NCBI RefSeq assembly: GCF_001194135.2 | Contig: NC_068983.1 | Span: 69,502,819 to 69,566,818, forward strand | Length of the DNA stretch: 64,000 bases | Direction of reading: 5' to 3' | From: Octopus bimaculoides | Lineage: Eukaryota | Part shown: in pieces, positions 11,140-23,968 of the stretch | How the letters are laid out: each line of letters opens with the position of its first letter | How positions within the stretch are numbered: the stretch's first letter is position 1 | The notes under the pieces: model-generated | What the model saw: the letters and a program-made list of their open reading frames with translations, nothing else | Database searches by the model: none | Told to the model about the DNA's origin: nothing | Program-made: the position numbers and the translations under genes

Positions 11140-13889
11140 ATCTGATGCTTATTCTCTCAATCTCTTTTTGCTAAACTGCTAAGTTAGGGGATGTAAACAA
11201 ACCAACAATGGTTGTCGAGTGGGGTTGTGGAACAAACACTAACACAAAGACACACACACACAGTTACATAATCTATGTATGTACGTTTGTATGTATGTAT
11301 ACAGCAGGATCCTTTCAGTTTCCCTCTACCAAATCCATTCACAAGGTTTTGGTCAGCCTGGGACTATGGTGGAAGACACTTGTCGATAGTGCCATGCAGT
11401 GGGACTGAACCCAAGACCACATGGTTTGGAAGTAAGCTTCTTACCACACAGATATTGCCAGTGCCTATGTTGAATTTAAATTAATAGAATGATTTCAAAT
11501 CTGAAATTAATACCATCACAAGTTTTCCGAAATTGTTAAAAGTAAGAATTTTTTCGTATCTCTGGTTTATGGTGTTTAGTAAATAAAGTTGACTTGTGAG
11601 ATAAAAACTGAGGTCATATTTGGAATCAGTGTGCCAAGATTAGACTAAAGCTGCCTTCACATTCAAAATAGCAAACTTGTAGACCAGTGTTATTTATGTT
11701 GATAGCAAGGGCACTCTTTATCTCTTTCTGTAGGCAAGACAGATTACATGAAGTAGGAAGTATAAACTGTGACACTATGACAGTAAAATATAGACATGTC
11801 TGCAGAAAAGACACAGAATGGAAAAGAGGAAAATAGAATAACGTCTGTAGGATTTGGATCATTAACTTAGGAGAAATGTAAAAGTACTACAAAGCATTTA
11901 GTCTCATCTTTCATTTCAACAGACTGACTTCTGTTACGAATGTACATACACACACACACACACACACACATACACACGTGTGTGTGTGTGATTTTGTTGA
12001 TAAATACATGCCTTAGATATAAAAATGAATAAATGAATACCAAGAAAAACAACAAAGGAAACAAAGATTTAATATGAATATTTCATTTTTATATGAGGTA
12101 ATTTGGACAAGGGTATCTGCATGATGTGTATGCCCTACTTTCAGTTTCCCTCTACCAAGTCCACTCACAAAGCTTTAGTCAGTCTGAGGCTATAGTAGAA
12201 GACACTTGCCTGAAGTGCCACATATATACACATATATACTATGCCAAACAAACCTCGTTGGTACTGGTGCCAAGCAAAAAGCACCCACTCTACTCTGTAA
12301 AGTGGGTGGCATTTTGATTTTCTATCTGAAGAATTTCTGATAGGAGATATCTTACATGTTTTCCACATGTATAATTTTGTAACTCCTATTAGCAAATGAA
12401 ACATGTGTAATGGTGAATAATTATTCACCATGTGGTATTACTGATAAGTAATACCATAAAATTTTCCAGTCTCCTGTTTTTATAAATAATTACTCTGCAG
12501 AAAGTATTTTCCAGTATTTTCAACTCTTATGCACACCCCACATAAATACATCGACATAGTTTTGGAATACTGGAATACGCAGATGTGCTTCACAAGGACA
12601 CAAGTTAGATTTTAACCCTATCTATGTAATATATATACACACACACACATATTGAATAGTTTATACACATACACTTGTGTGTGGGAATATATATATATAT
12701 ATATCATCATCATCATCATCCTCATCATCATCATTTAATGTTCATCTTCCCTCCTGGCATGGGTTGGATAGTTTGACAGGATCTGGGGAGTCACAGGACA
12801 GCATCGTGTTCCTTATCAGCTTTGGCATGGTTTCTCTGGCTGGATGCCCTTCTCAATGCCAATCACTTTACAGTATGCACTGGGTGCTTTTTTTTTGTGC
12901 TACCACCACTATTGAGGATGCCTTGCAAGTTGCAAGATAAGAAAGAACAAATAAAGGGAGAAAGAAGAAAAGCGAAAAATCCTCTTGACTAAGTGGGGGA
13001 CTATTTGAAAGGGTAGAGAAATGATTTAATGCTAAGGGCAAGCTTATGTGTTGCTGGTATATGGGGATAGGGCCATTGCTGGTGATGTNNNNNNNNNNNN
13101 NNNNNNNNNNNNNNNNNNNNNNNNNNNNNNNNNNNNNNNNNNNNNNNNNNNNNNNNNNNNNNNNNNNNNNNNNNNNNNNNNNNNNNNNNNNNNNNNNNNN
13201 NNNNNNNNNNNNNNNNNNNNNNNNNNNNNNNNNNNNNNNNNNNNNNNNNNNNNNNNNNNNNNNNNNNNNNNNNNNNNNNNNNNNNNNNNNNNNNNNNNNN
13301 NNNNNNNNNNNNNNNNNNNNNNNNNNNNNNNNNNNNNNNNNNNNNNNNNNNNNNNNNNNNNNNNNNNNNNNNNNNNNNNNNNNNNNNNNNNNNNNNNNNN
13401 NNNNNNNNNNNNNNNNNNNNNNNNNNNNNNNNNNNNNNNNNNNNNNNNNNNNNNNNNNNNNNNNNNNNNNNNNNNNNNNNNNNNNNNNNNNNNNNNNNNN
13501 NNNNNNNNNNNNNNNNNNNNNNNNNNNNNNNNNNNNNNNNNNNNNNNNNNNNNNNNNNNNNNNNNNNNNNNNNNNNNNNNNNNNNNNNNNNNNNNNNNNN
13601 NNNNNNNNNNNNNNNNNNNTAATAACATAAATAATATATAAATATATGCATATATCCATACATATATGTACATACCTACATCTGTATGTATACATACATG
13701 CATATATGGGTACAGGACATCACAAAAAACGTTAAACACAATGAGAAACGAAAACATAAAGATGAAGACAGAAAACGAACTTTTTTTTGAACAACGAAAA
13801 AAACAAACAGTGAAACGCGACATGCATCATAAAGAATATTTCCCTTCTTCAGTTGTCCTTGTTCCATCTACTCCATGTTTCGAAATATG

Positions 13890-14908
13890 TGTGTATGTGC
13901 AAGAGAGACGACTAAGCTGGAATGGTCATGTGTTGCGAATGAATGAGGACGGCTGTGTGAAAAAGTGTCACATACTAGCAGTTGAGGGAACCTGTAAAAG
14001 AGGTAGACCCAGGAAAACCTGGGATGAGGTAGTGAAGCACGACTTTCGAACATTGGGCCTTACTGAGGTAATGACTAGTGACCGAGACCTTTGGAGATAT
14101 GCTGTGCTTGAGAAGACCCGACAAGCCCATGGCCTATGTCAGTGGGTGTAACCAACCCATTTATGAATACCCCTCATTCATTGGGCAATAAACCTTGCTT
14201 GTGAAGACTTATTGAGGCAAGTGAAATCAGAATCAAAATTGCTGACGTGGCCGATGACAGTACTGCCTGATTGGTACTTGTGCCAGTGAAACGCTAAAAG
14301 CACATCCGAATGTGATGTGTAACCGGCCCACTTATGAGTACCCCTCATTCATTGGACAAACTTTGCTTGCGAAGATCTATTGAGAGTAGTGTAAACAAAT
14401 CAAAATCGCTGACATGGCCGATGACAGTACCACCTGTTTGGCACTCGTGCCAATGGAACATTAAAAGCATATCTTAGCGTGATCGTTGCCAGGGCCATGG
14501 ATTGGCTCCCATGCCAATGAAACGTGAAAAGCACCATTTGAGCATGATCGTTGCCAGTGTCGCTGTACCGGCACATGTGCCGGTGGCACGTGAAAAGCAA
14601 CATTCGAGCGTGGTCATTGCTAGTGCTACTGGACTGGCTCCCATGCAGGTAGCATGTAAAAACACCTTTTGAATGAGGTCGTTGCCAGGACTGCCTGACT
14701 GGCCCTCATGCCGATGGCACGTAAAAGCACCCACTACACTCTCAGAGTAGTTGGCATTAAGAAGGACATCCAGCTGTAGAAACTTTGCCAGATCAGATTG
14801 AGCCTGGTGCAGCCTCTGGTTCACCAGTCCTCGGTCAATCTGTCCAACCCATGCCAGCATGGAAAGCAGACGTTAAGCGATGATGATGATGATAATGATG
14901 ATGATGAC
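13890..14908 (+). mobile_element. RTE-clade LINE 3' end (ORF2 C-terminus + 3' UTR + (GAT)n tail)
   Basis: ERRLSWNGHVLRMNEDGCVKK...RGRPRKTWDEVVKHD...DRDLWRYAV; tail ...CATGGAAAGCAGACGTTAAGCGATGATGAT. Confidence 0.88.
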
Positions 14909-16031
14909 AATGATATATATATATATATATATANNNNNNNNNNNNNNNNNNNNNNNNNNNNNNNNNNNNNNNNNNNNNNNNNNNNNNNNNNNNNNNNNNN
15001 NNNNNNNNNNNNNNNNNNNNNNNNNNNNNNNNNNNNNNNNNNNNNNNNNNNNNNNNNNNNNNNNNNNNNNNNNNNNNNNNNNNNNNNNNNNNNNNNNNNN
15101 NNNNNNNNNNNNNNNNNNNNNNNNNNNNNNNNNNNNNNNNNNNNNNNNNNNNNNNNNNNNNNNNNNNNNNNNNNNNNNNNNNNNNNNNNNNNNNNNNNNN
15201 NNNNNNNNNNNNNNNNNNNNNNNNNNNNNNNNNNNNNNNNNNNNNNNNNNNNNNNNNNNNNNNNNNNNNNNNNNNNNNNNNNNNNNNNNNNNNNNNNNNN
15301 NNNNNNNNNNNNNNNNNNNNNNNNNNNNNNNNNNNNNNNNNNNNNNNNNNNNNNNNNNNNNNNNNNNNNNNNNNNNNNNNNNNNNNNNNNNNNNNNNNNN
15401 NNNNNNNNNNNNNNNNNNNNNNNNNNNNNNNNNNNNNNNNNNNNNNNNNNNNNNNNNNNNNNNNNNNNNNNNNNNNNNNNNNNNNNNNNNAGCCTCTGGT
15501 TCACCAGTCCTCGGTCAATCTGTCCAACCCATGCCAGCATGGAAAGCAGACGTTAAGCGATGATGATGATGATAATGATGATGATGACAATGATATATAT
15601 ATATATATATATATATACATACGATGGGCTTCCTACAGTTTTCACCTACCAAATCCACTCACAAGTCCTTAGTCAGCCTGAGGTTATAGTAAAAGACACT
15701 TGCCCATATATATATACATATGTGTGTGTGTGTGTATTTGTGTGTATGTGTCTGTCACCTCCACCATCACTTGATAACTGATGTTGGTGTGTTTATGTCT
15801 GTGTAACTTAGCAGTTCGACAAAGAGACTGATAGAATAAGTACTAGGCTTACAAAGAATAAGTCCTGGGGGATGATTTGTTCGACTGAAGGTGGTGCTCC
15901 AGCATGGCTGCAGTCAAGTGACTGAAACAAATAAAAGANNNNNNNNNNATATATATATATATATATATATATATTGATAGAAAGACCAACAAAAGAAAGA
16001 GACCTCGATATAATGTAAATAGAGGAATTTA

Positions 16032-16132
16032 TCTGTAAAAATATGTGACACTTATTCGGTAGCCATTCCCACCCTGGCATCCAAAACTCGGAGTTTTATC
16101 ATGGCTACTGAATATGTGTCACATATTTTTAC

Positions 16133-16135
<3 letters not shown>
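16032..16135. mobile_element. Short MITE with about 35-bp TIRs
   Basis: TCTGTAAAAATATGTGACACTTATTCGGTAGCCAT ... ATGGCTACTGAATATGTGTCACATATTTTTACAGA, TA flanks. Confidence 0.7.
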
Positions 16136-16169
<34 letters not shown>

Positions 16170-16375
16170 TGAAGATGATCAATTTGTTAATAATAAGCAG
16201 TTATTAACTTCCTTATCACTATTTTCTTTTCTTCTTTTAAATAGATATAAACTATACACTTAATATATACCTATTGTTTTAAGGGAATTTCATTCCATAA
16301 AATACTAGGTATTGAACCAGTATTTCCTTGGATACAACCATCCCTTCATGAGGTCAACATAGCTTCTAATTAAAT

Positions 16376-16433
<58 letters not shown>

Positions 16434-16681
16434 NNNNNNNNNNNNNNNNNNNNNNNNNNNNNNNNNNNNNNNNNNNNNNNNNNNNNNNNNNNNNNNNNNN
16501 NNNNNNNNNNNNNNNNNNNNNNNNNNNNNNNNNNNNNNNNNNNNNNNNNNNNNNNNNNNNNNNNNNNNNNNNNNNNNNNNNNNNNNNNNNNNNTTTCATT
16601 CCATAAAATACTAGGTATTGAACCAGTATTTCCTTGGATACAACCATCCCTTCATGAGGTCAACATAGCTTCTAATTAAAT

Positions 16682-16727
<46 letters not shown>

Positions 16728-16758
16728 TACATATTTATAGATAGATAAATAGATAGAA

Positions 16759-16791
<33 letters not shown>

Positions 16792-16808
16792 AATAGATAG
16801 ATAGATAA

Positions 16809-17026
16809 AGATAGATATGGCTGGTCTATGGGGTTATCCTGGGTTTTCATGTCAATAAAGTGTTTAGCTTTACAGCGTTTCCTCAGACCCTAAAACCCAT
16901 TGGCCTATGGCTGCTCTAGCATGTGGCCTTTCCAGAGAGGCCATAGGCCAATGGTTTATAGGGTCTAAAGAAACACTTTATGGACGTGAAACCCAAGGTA
17001 ACCCCATAGACCGGCCATATCTATCT
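16809..17026. repeat. About 85-bp inverted repeat / foldback element within a GATA microsatellite
   Basis: Arms 16809-16911 and 16940-17026. Confidence 0.85.
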
Positions 17027-17399
17027 TTATCTATATACTCTACTGCTCTACAACTTCGATGTGCTTCTATTTTGGATTTATGATTTACTGAAGATATACA
17101 TACATACATACGAAATTCTAGGCCTTTGAGTCACTGATGTTACTTCATGACTATAAATAGAATATATATATATGTGTGCGTGTGGGTACGAATACACAAA
17201 CACACCGTGTTTATTCTCTGACGACATATATCATTATCGTGTTTTATTTTATATATTGAATATGGGATAAAAAAAAACTACTGAATGGTGAAAGATTGAC
17301 TTTTTTTTACCATGGTAACATCTAAAAACCCTCCTATATAGATAGGTAATCAGATTGCACAATCATGTGTTATAGCCTATAAATAAACTCTTCTGTATT

Positions 17400-17656
17400 G
17401 AAGTTAGGAAAACTAACGCCTCTGCGTTATTTACGTTTTGTAGTTTGGCTGGAAGACTTGTCAAGAAGGGGGTTTGAGAAGCACCTGGGTCCCCTTCTCT
17501 CCATTTAGTTTGAATTGACTGGAAAGAAAAAAAAAAGTAGTTGTTGGAAAGGAAACTGACAACTTCCACCGAAGAAAAAAAAAAATCTATTTTACGTCAT
17601 ACATCTGGACGTGGTGTCTTGTTTAATTTATTGTGTATATAATTTTTCATAATAAC
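17400..17656 (+). promoter_or_regulatory. Putative RIOK3 promoter / 5' UTR
   Basis: Locally CpG-retaining region just before the ATG, with an ATF/CRE-like TTACGTCA at 17592-17599 and ACTTCC upstream. The TSS is not determinable from sequence. Confidence 0.4.
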
Positions 17657-17874
17657 ATGTCTGCTTCAGCGGAATCTCCTCCAGCAGTATTGGGATTTTA
17701 TGGTGATAACAAGTCCCAGGATGTTTCATTACCTCTCACACCTACTACAGATAATGCATGGAATAAGAAATCTCCATGGGGAAAAGCTTCGAATTCGTGG
17801 CAGCAACCATGTAACTTGACTGAAGTTATGAGTGAGCAACTAGCTTTAGAGCTGAGCCAAACAGATGTTAACAC
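17657..17874 (+). CDS. RIOK3: RIOK3 coding exon 1 (MSASAESPPAV...NLTEVMSEQLALELSQTDVN)
   Basis: ATG at 17657; PWGK and VMSEQLA motifs; donor AC|GTAAGT, phase 2. Confidence 0.85.
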
Positions 17875-19499
17875 GTAAGTGAACTCCCCGACTTCTAATA
17901 ATTTTTATAAATTATTTTAACGGTGTATAACATCAAGTACTTTGATTGGAAAGCAGATAGCGTAATTTTTTAAAGTAATAATTAGGACAGAATTGACACC
18001 ACTATTATATTTGCTGTTGTTTAACTTCATGCCAGCACTGCTTGGGCATGTGTTTAATCAAAGAAATTCTAGCAGAAATCACTCCGTCTTTTTATATATG
18101 TTTATATTCAGGACTATATTCACCAATGTGTTTCCTTTTAAATGTTGTTTGGTCTAGGTTAAAGAAAGTTTGGCTACTCTTTCTAGGAGATTGAGCAACT
18201 TCAAAGAAGCACCCTCGTTTATGGTTAATTAAAACAAAACTAACAAATAATTGTTCTATTTACAACTATCTCATACTTCTAAATCAAACATTATAATTAG
18301 CTTTCAAGGTAGAAGTATTTCTTATCAATATTTATTATTAGAGAGTTAGTACCCATGTGGGTGTTCTATTTTAACTAAAGTACATGACAAACAATACTTT
18401 CATTATTGAAGCCATCTGTAACGGCATTATTTTCATGTACACACGATACCATGCCAAATATATTGTATTTTTATGTCATAAACTACATATATAAACAGTA
18501 CTATATGTTTAAATAGCGTTATTAATAGGAGAAATAAAATTAGCGAAAATCTGTCCACTGAGTGGAAAACTTATTACGTTTATTTTATTTTTTTTTTTTA
18601 CATCCGTTTCGTGAGGCGTGTGTAAAAGATATACCAGAGATGGGTACAGTTAACATTTCGAACTTTAATTTTTGTAGTTTAGGACACTAAAATAATATTG
18701 TGAGAAAATGTTGATTGATAATTTTTTACGACGTTAAAATAACAATGTGGGAGAACAGGATTGTTAGAGTAGTGAGTGACAGTTAAAGCCATGATGAAAT
18801 GCTTTGCACTGTTTGATTACGTCCCTTTGTGCTCTGAGTTCAAATCCCACCGAAGTCAGCTTAGTATTTCATCCTTCGTTTATAAAATCAAGTACTGTTC
18901 TCTATCCTAAGGGCTTTTTGCCTATGATAAAAATCATTATTGTTTGGAAAATGCCTTTCAGTATTTATTCGGCTCTTTATATTCTGTGTTCAAATTCCAC
19001 TGAGGTCGACTAGGACTTTCCATCAATCAAATACTAGAGTCGACGGTATCGATTCAGCCCCTTCCCTCAAAATAGCTAGCCTTGTGCTTAGGTCAGAAAC
19101 AATTATTATTATCAGGGTGGTGAGTTGGCAGCTCAAGAAATATATGACAGTCAAAGCTAATACATTAACGAGTTTAAGAAGTTTGCTTTGCAACCTCATC
19201 ATTCTGCTGTGCCACATTTCGGAATTGGTTCTTTTACCATTTCTTTGAGTCAACCAAGAAAGATAAAATTTGTTAGATTAGAAAGTTTTTGATCAGAGAT
19301 GTTAGTGATGTAAAAACCCTTAACATAAGGCGACGAGGATATAAACAATTCACGCAGACAACGTTGAAAAAAACATTTTTTTCATGAGAAAATAAACAAT
19401 TCACATGGATGATGTTGAAAAGTTTTTCACGTGGTGAGATTAAAAACTTGACAGAGGAGTAACAATTTTTGTTGTACATATTTAATGAAAAGTCCATAA

Positions 19500-20696
19500 A
19501 ATTATGGAGAAAACTTGTTAGAGGGTCTAGTTGAGTTGCAAATAAATGTTACAGCAACAGATGTTACAACTAATGAATTATTTGCGAGATTTGGCATCCC
19601 AGACATAATTGTATCTGATAATGGAACACAATTTGTGTTCAGTGACTTTAGAAAATTCTGCGAATGTTCATGGTAGAACATAAAATGATAGTGCCTTACC
19701 GTCCTACATCAAATGGACAAGCAGAGTGTTTTGTGGACATTTTTAAAAGAACCTTGAGAAAAGCAAACAAGGAAGTCACAGATGAAGTCGTTCTGCAGCA
19801 ATTCCTAAGGGTATACAGGGTGACACCAAACCCCCAATAGACCAGTAGGAAGCTCACCAGCAGAATTGATGTTCGCAAGGAAGGTGAAATCAGTTTTTGA
19901 TAAACTGTTACCTGGCGAGGAAAGAAAAAGTACCAGGAAAGACAATCCAAAATTTTTCCAAATTGGTAATAAGGTGTACATGAGGTCGTATAAAAATGGA
20001 AAACAGAAGTGAGAAGAAGGCAAAATTACAAAGTACATAGGAAAAATTATGTATGGAATTAAAAGCAGAAAAGGTACTGAAAAAGGACACAAAAACCAAT
20101 TGAAGAAGAGATTCATAGAAAATGAACCAAACAGATTAGAAGAACCTATGAAATGGCTGTATGACACATTCCAGGTACCAACACCATTATAGGTGGTTGA
20201 ACCCATGTGTACAAGTGGAAGAAAAAGAACAATACAGAGTTCCTACACATAGATGCCAAAAGAAGAAATATTAAGTTTTTTTGGGGGGTGGGGAACGCTA
20301 AAAAGGGAGGAGGAAGAATAAAGTAAATTAAAAATTACTTGCTTCTGAAAGGAAAAAAAAAAACTAAAAGGGAGATGTTGTGAAAATGGTACTCCCCTTC
20401 CCATATGATAAAGTGGTATGAACCAGCTACTATAAAGTCAGACAGTCAGTTGTTGTAGGAGGTCAGTAGTAGTAGTCATATGAGTTCTCAGTTGGAGTTA
20501 GTGTCAATTACATGTTATATACAAGTTCGAGTTACCGTCTAGGTAGACGTTTCAAAATCATTGGCTTGCAGAGCTATCTGCGATAGACAAGTCAAAGATC
20601 ATAAGATGCAGGATACCACCACAGCATAATAGTAGTGACAAGAATATTACAATGTCGTCAATAATATACAAGTGGATGAGGATCCACATTATAACA
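19500..20696 (+). mobile_element. Gypsy-type LTR retrotransposon remnant: integrase + PPT + 3' LTR (intron 1)
   Basis: Frameshifted integrase ELFARFGIPDIIVSDNGTQF..PYRPTSNGQAE.FV..FK..SPAELMFAR; purine tract AAAAGGGAGA before TG at 20376; LTR 20376-20696 with TGTT...AACA termini. Confidence 0.8.
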
Positions 20697-22065
20697 ATGA
20701 CAAAAGTTGCTGATGAGAGTATGAAGATTTTATTAAAAATGTGAAAATAACAGGAAAATAAAAAAAATATTTATCACTCCCTAATTATTATACAAGTTTG
20801 ATTGTTTTTAATATGCACAATATATTGTAGTCAATGATTCACTTGTTATTTTACATCATGCTTTTTCTACTATAAATACTCCGTCTAATTTCACAAATGT
20901 TGTATATTTAATTCAATACTACCAAAATATATGCATATTCACATGTGCCCATGTGTGAATATGTAGGTTATCTACAATTTTTAAAGGTTTTCAAGGGACA
21001 ATGGGTTTAGTTTATGCAAAAGCTACACATTTACAACATATTTGACACTTCTATCTGAAAGTTACAAATATACACAATAAGCATTATTATTCACATTCAC
21101 TGCAAAAGTTCCTGATGATCAATGTTTCTTGTATAAACATAAGAAAGCACCAACACACTTTGATCTGAATTTTCATTCTGTAATTTCAAATTATTTGTTC
21201 TCTGTTTTTTTAGATCAAAAATTACGCACATGCAGTGTTGTAAGTAATTAGGCTAAAGTTGAATACTTGATACCTGTCATTAAGTTGAATATAAGACATG
21301 AAAGTAGAAAATATGAAGTAGAATAATTAATCATGGAATAAGTGTAAATACATTTAGTGTATTAAATATATATTAATGACACATAGTGTATTATGTATAT
21401 ATATTGTAATCAAGAAAAGGAGAAAGTTTGGTCACCAGAATTTATAAACATAAGAATACTTGTTCAGCATTTTGAGATTGATAAGACAGCAGAATGTACT
21501 TTAGATTATAAAAAATAAGCAGAATGACTTCAGCTTGTGTCAAATAATTTTAGTTTGTGTTAAATGATTTAGAAAGTAAGTCATATAAAAAAGAACAAAT
21601 TTCAGAGCTTTAAGTGGTTAAGTGTTGCTTATAAAAAAGCATATATACAAATACACATAGCATATTATATATATTGATGCTTGAGTTGTTTGAAGGACAA
21701 TTTTATATATTTTGCACTACAAATATTTTTTTAACTAGATATTGGCTCAGTATAGGTGAGGAGTATAGTCAAATGAGTTGATTACAGTATAGTACTTAGC
21801 TTATTTCATTAACCTAAAAGTGAAGAAAAGCAAAGTTGACACTGACTTGATTTGATCACAAAATACTACTGAGCATTTTATACCATTTCTATGAAATCAT
21901 TGTCCTTTTTGTCAACTTAATACTCTTCATAATAGTGTAAACCTGCTTTAAAATATTTATTCATTATGAAAATTACTTGCCATTAAATATACTTCTTCAT
22001 GTCTATGATATTTAGACACGTTCAGCAATTTAATATGATGTTTTTTTTCTCTCTTTACTCTCCAG

Positions 22066-22250
22066 TGATTTTGATGAGTGTCTGGTTAATTTTATGGCCT
22101 CTAGTGCATGCGGCTCTGATGCACAATCTGACAAAGAAATTCAAGAGGCTAATGATGAGCTGTTAGCAAAGATACTACAACAGCAGCTAGATGAAGAGGA
22201 TAACAAGCAAATTAAGTTAGAAGAAAGGAAATACAATGGTAACAATAAAG
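22066..22250 (+). CDS. RIOK3: RIOK3 exon 2 (DFDECL...DELLAKILQQQLDEED...RKYNGNNK)
   Basis: Pyrimidine tract ending CCAG; donor AAG|GTAGTA; phase 2 in, phase 1 out. Confidence 0.88.
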
Positions 22251-23169
22251 GTAGTATGTCCTTCATAATTAGTTCTATTTCTAAAATGTATATACTGTTA
22301 ACTGAGTTAACTATGAGTTTTGTAATCTCTTCTATTTTTCCACCTTTATGCTTCTCTCAGCATATGAGCTCCTAATTATCTCTGTTTCTAAGCTGGTTGG
22401 AATGTTGAGAAATGTACTTTGTGCTATTTGTTCTGGCTCTTTATCTCCTGAGTTCAAATCAAGATCAGTTTCATCTTTCATCATTTTGAGATTGATAAAA
22501 TAAAGTACCATTTAAGTACTGGGGTTGTTGGTACTCATTAACTTCTTCCTCTCAAAAATTGCTGGCCTTGTATCTAAATTAGGAACCTTAATCTTTTTCT
22601 CCCTCTCCCTCTTTAGTAAAATTTCTTGCTTTGTGCCTGGCTCAGTCTCGGTGAGGCAGGCATCCACATATTCCCATTTGACAGTTTTGCTCAGAATTTA
22701 TTTTTGGTTTTAAAACAACACTGAAAACCCAAACCCAGTGATAATGAGAAGGAGACAGGAAGAGACACCCCACACATTTTCTACACATACAAGTTGCATT
22801 TAACTGGTTGTGATTACTCCAAATTTCTAGTGTTTTTACAAACCTTGTGGACAACTGCAGTTTCTCTTCCATATTCTTTGGGGGTGCATGTACACCAGTT
22901 TGACAATTCATAGATTAAACCATAAGATAAAAAAATGAAATCAAAAGAAACTTACCTTGCTGGTTTAGAAATGAATGAACATCTTAGATAATGAAGTCTG
23001 AGATACACTATCTGGCCCTATTCCCCAACTGGAATAATCAGAGCCGGAATACTTTTGGTCATAGGGCTGCTCAATCAACTCTGACTTAGGGCTATAGTAA
23101 CATCATCTGCAAACTATCTGAATCCAGTTGAAATTTTTATTAATTTTCCATTTTTTTTTCTCTTTGCAG

Positions 23170-23295
23170 TTTCTATATCGTATGAAAAGTATTGCACAAC
23201 ACCTTTATCTGGTTATGAGGAATTTTATGATTTCTCAGATGATGATGAGAATAATAATAATGATGATTTCGGTGGCCGTAAAAAGACTGAATGGG
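23170..23295 (+). CDS. RIOK3: RIOK3 exon 3 (VSISYEKY...DFSDDDENNNNDD...KTEW)
   Basis: TTTGCAG acceptor, G|GTAAGA donor, 126 nt phase 1-1; VSISY continues the conserved NG..KVSIS motif. Confidence 0.88.
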
Positions 23296-23968
23296 GTAAG
23301 AGTGTTTTTAAAATTAGTTTCCTGTGTTTGAACATTGTTCTGTTGGCTCAGTAGTTTCATAATGTTTTTTTTTTCAATATTTATTTTTATATTCTTTTAA
23401 AATCAGTAGATGGTGAATAATAGCATTGCTGGTTACACGTTTCCAATGGGCCAGTACTAGATCACTGCATTTCTAATGGTGAGAACGACAAGGGAGTGTC
23501 TCTAATTTAGCAAAGAACAAATATCTCAAGGGTTTTGTTCCTATCACACTAACTTCTCAATATTCTCACCAATCTTTATATCTTTCACCAATGAATATGA
23601 GCGAAAGATAAACATACAAGACAGTAGTTTGGTTGAGTCATTAGAGTATTGGAAAAAATGCCTAGCAGTATTTGTTCTTGCTTTCTCTGATCTGAGTTCA
23701 AATCCTGCTAAGGTCAACTTTGATTTTCATCCTTAAGGGGTCAGTAAAATATAGTTCTAGAACTGTTGGTGTTATATGAAATGGTTTGCAGTGTTTGTTC
23801 TGACTCTTTACCTTTTAAATTCTTGGGTAGTATATATAATCAGTTGCTCAGTATAATGCCACCATGTAATTATTTACATGCTTCTCATGTAAATTATTAT
23901 TATTATTAAGATTATTTACATGCTTCTCATCATTTGGGGTCATTGAGAAAAATAAAGGTTTGTGAGTA

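Noticed and set aside
11626-11862. Minus-strand exon candidate (KEIKSALAININNTGLQVCYFECE)
   Set aside because: Acceptor-like tract present but no good donor, no recognisable homology and no partner exons.
14450-14745. Repeat-spacer-like array resembling CRISPR
   Set aside because: The units are degenerate tandem repeats inside an RTE 3' UTR that recur at other RTE copies. There are no unique spacers and no cas genes, and the context is eukaryotic.
14811-15612. Identical ~120-bp sequence on both sides of the 14934-15490 gap
   Set aside because: Most likely an unmerged contig overlap (assembly artefact), not a real duplication or TSD.
12868-16647. Long ORFs in the track spanning N runs (also 25506-26258, 48545-49144, 49898-50293)
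   Set aside because: Their length is an artefact of assembly gaps translated as X.
16290-16720. Identical ~130-bp sequence on both sides of the 16434-16593 gap
   Set aside because: Same contig-overlap artefact pattern at a (TA)n tract.
21110-21150. CTGATGA...GAAA hammerhead-like spacing
   Set aside because: Stem II does not pair directly next to the core, and there is no cleavage-site helix.
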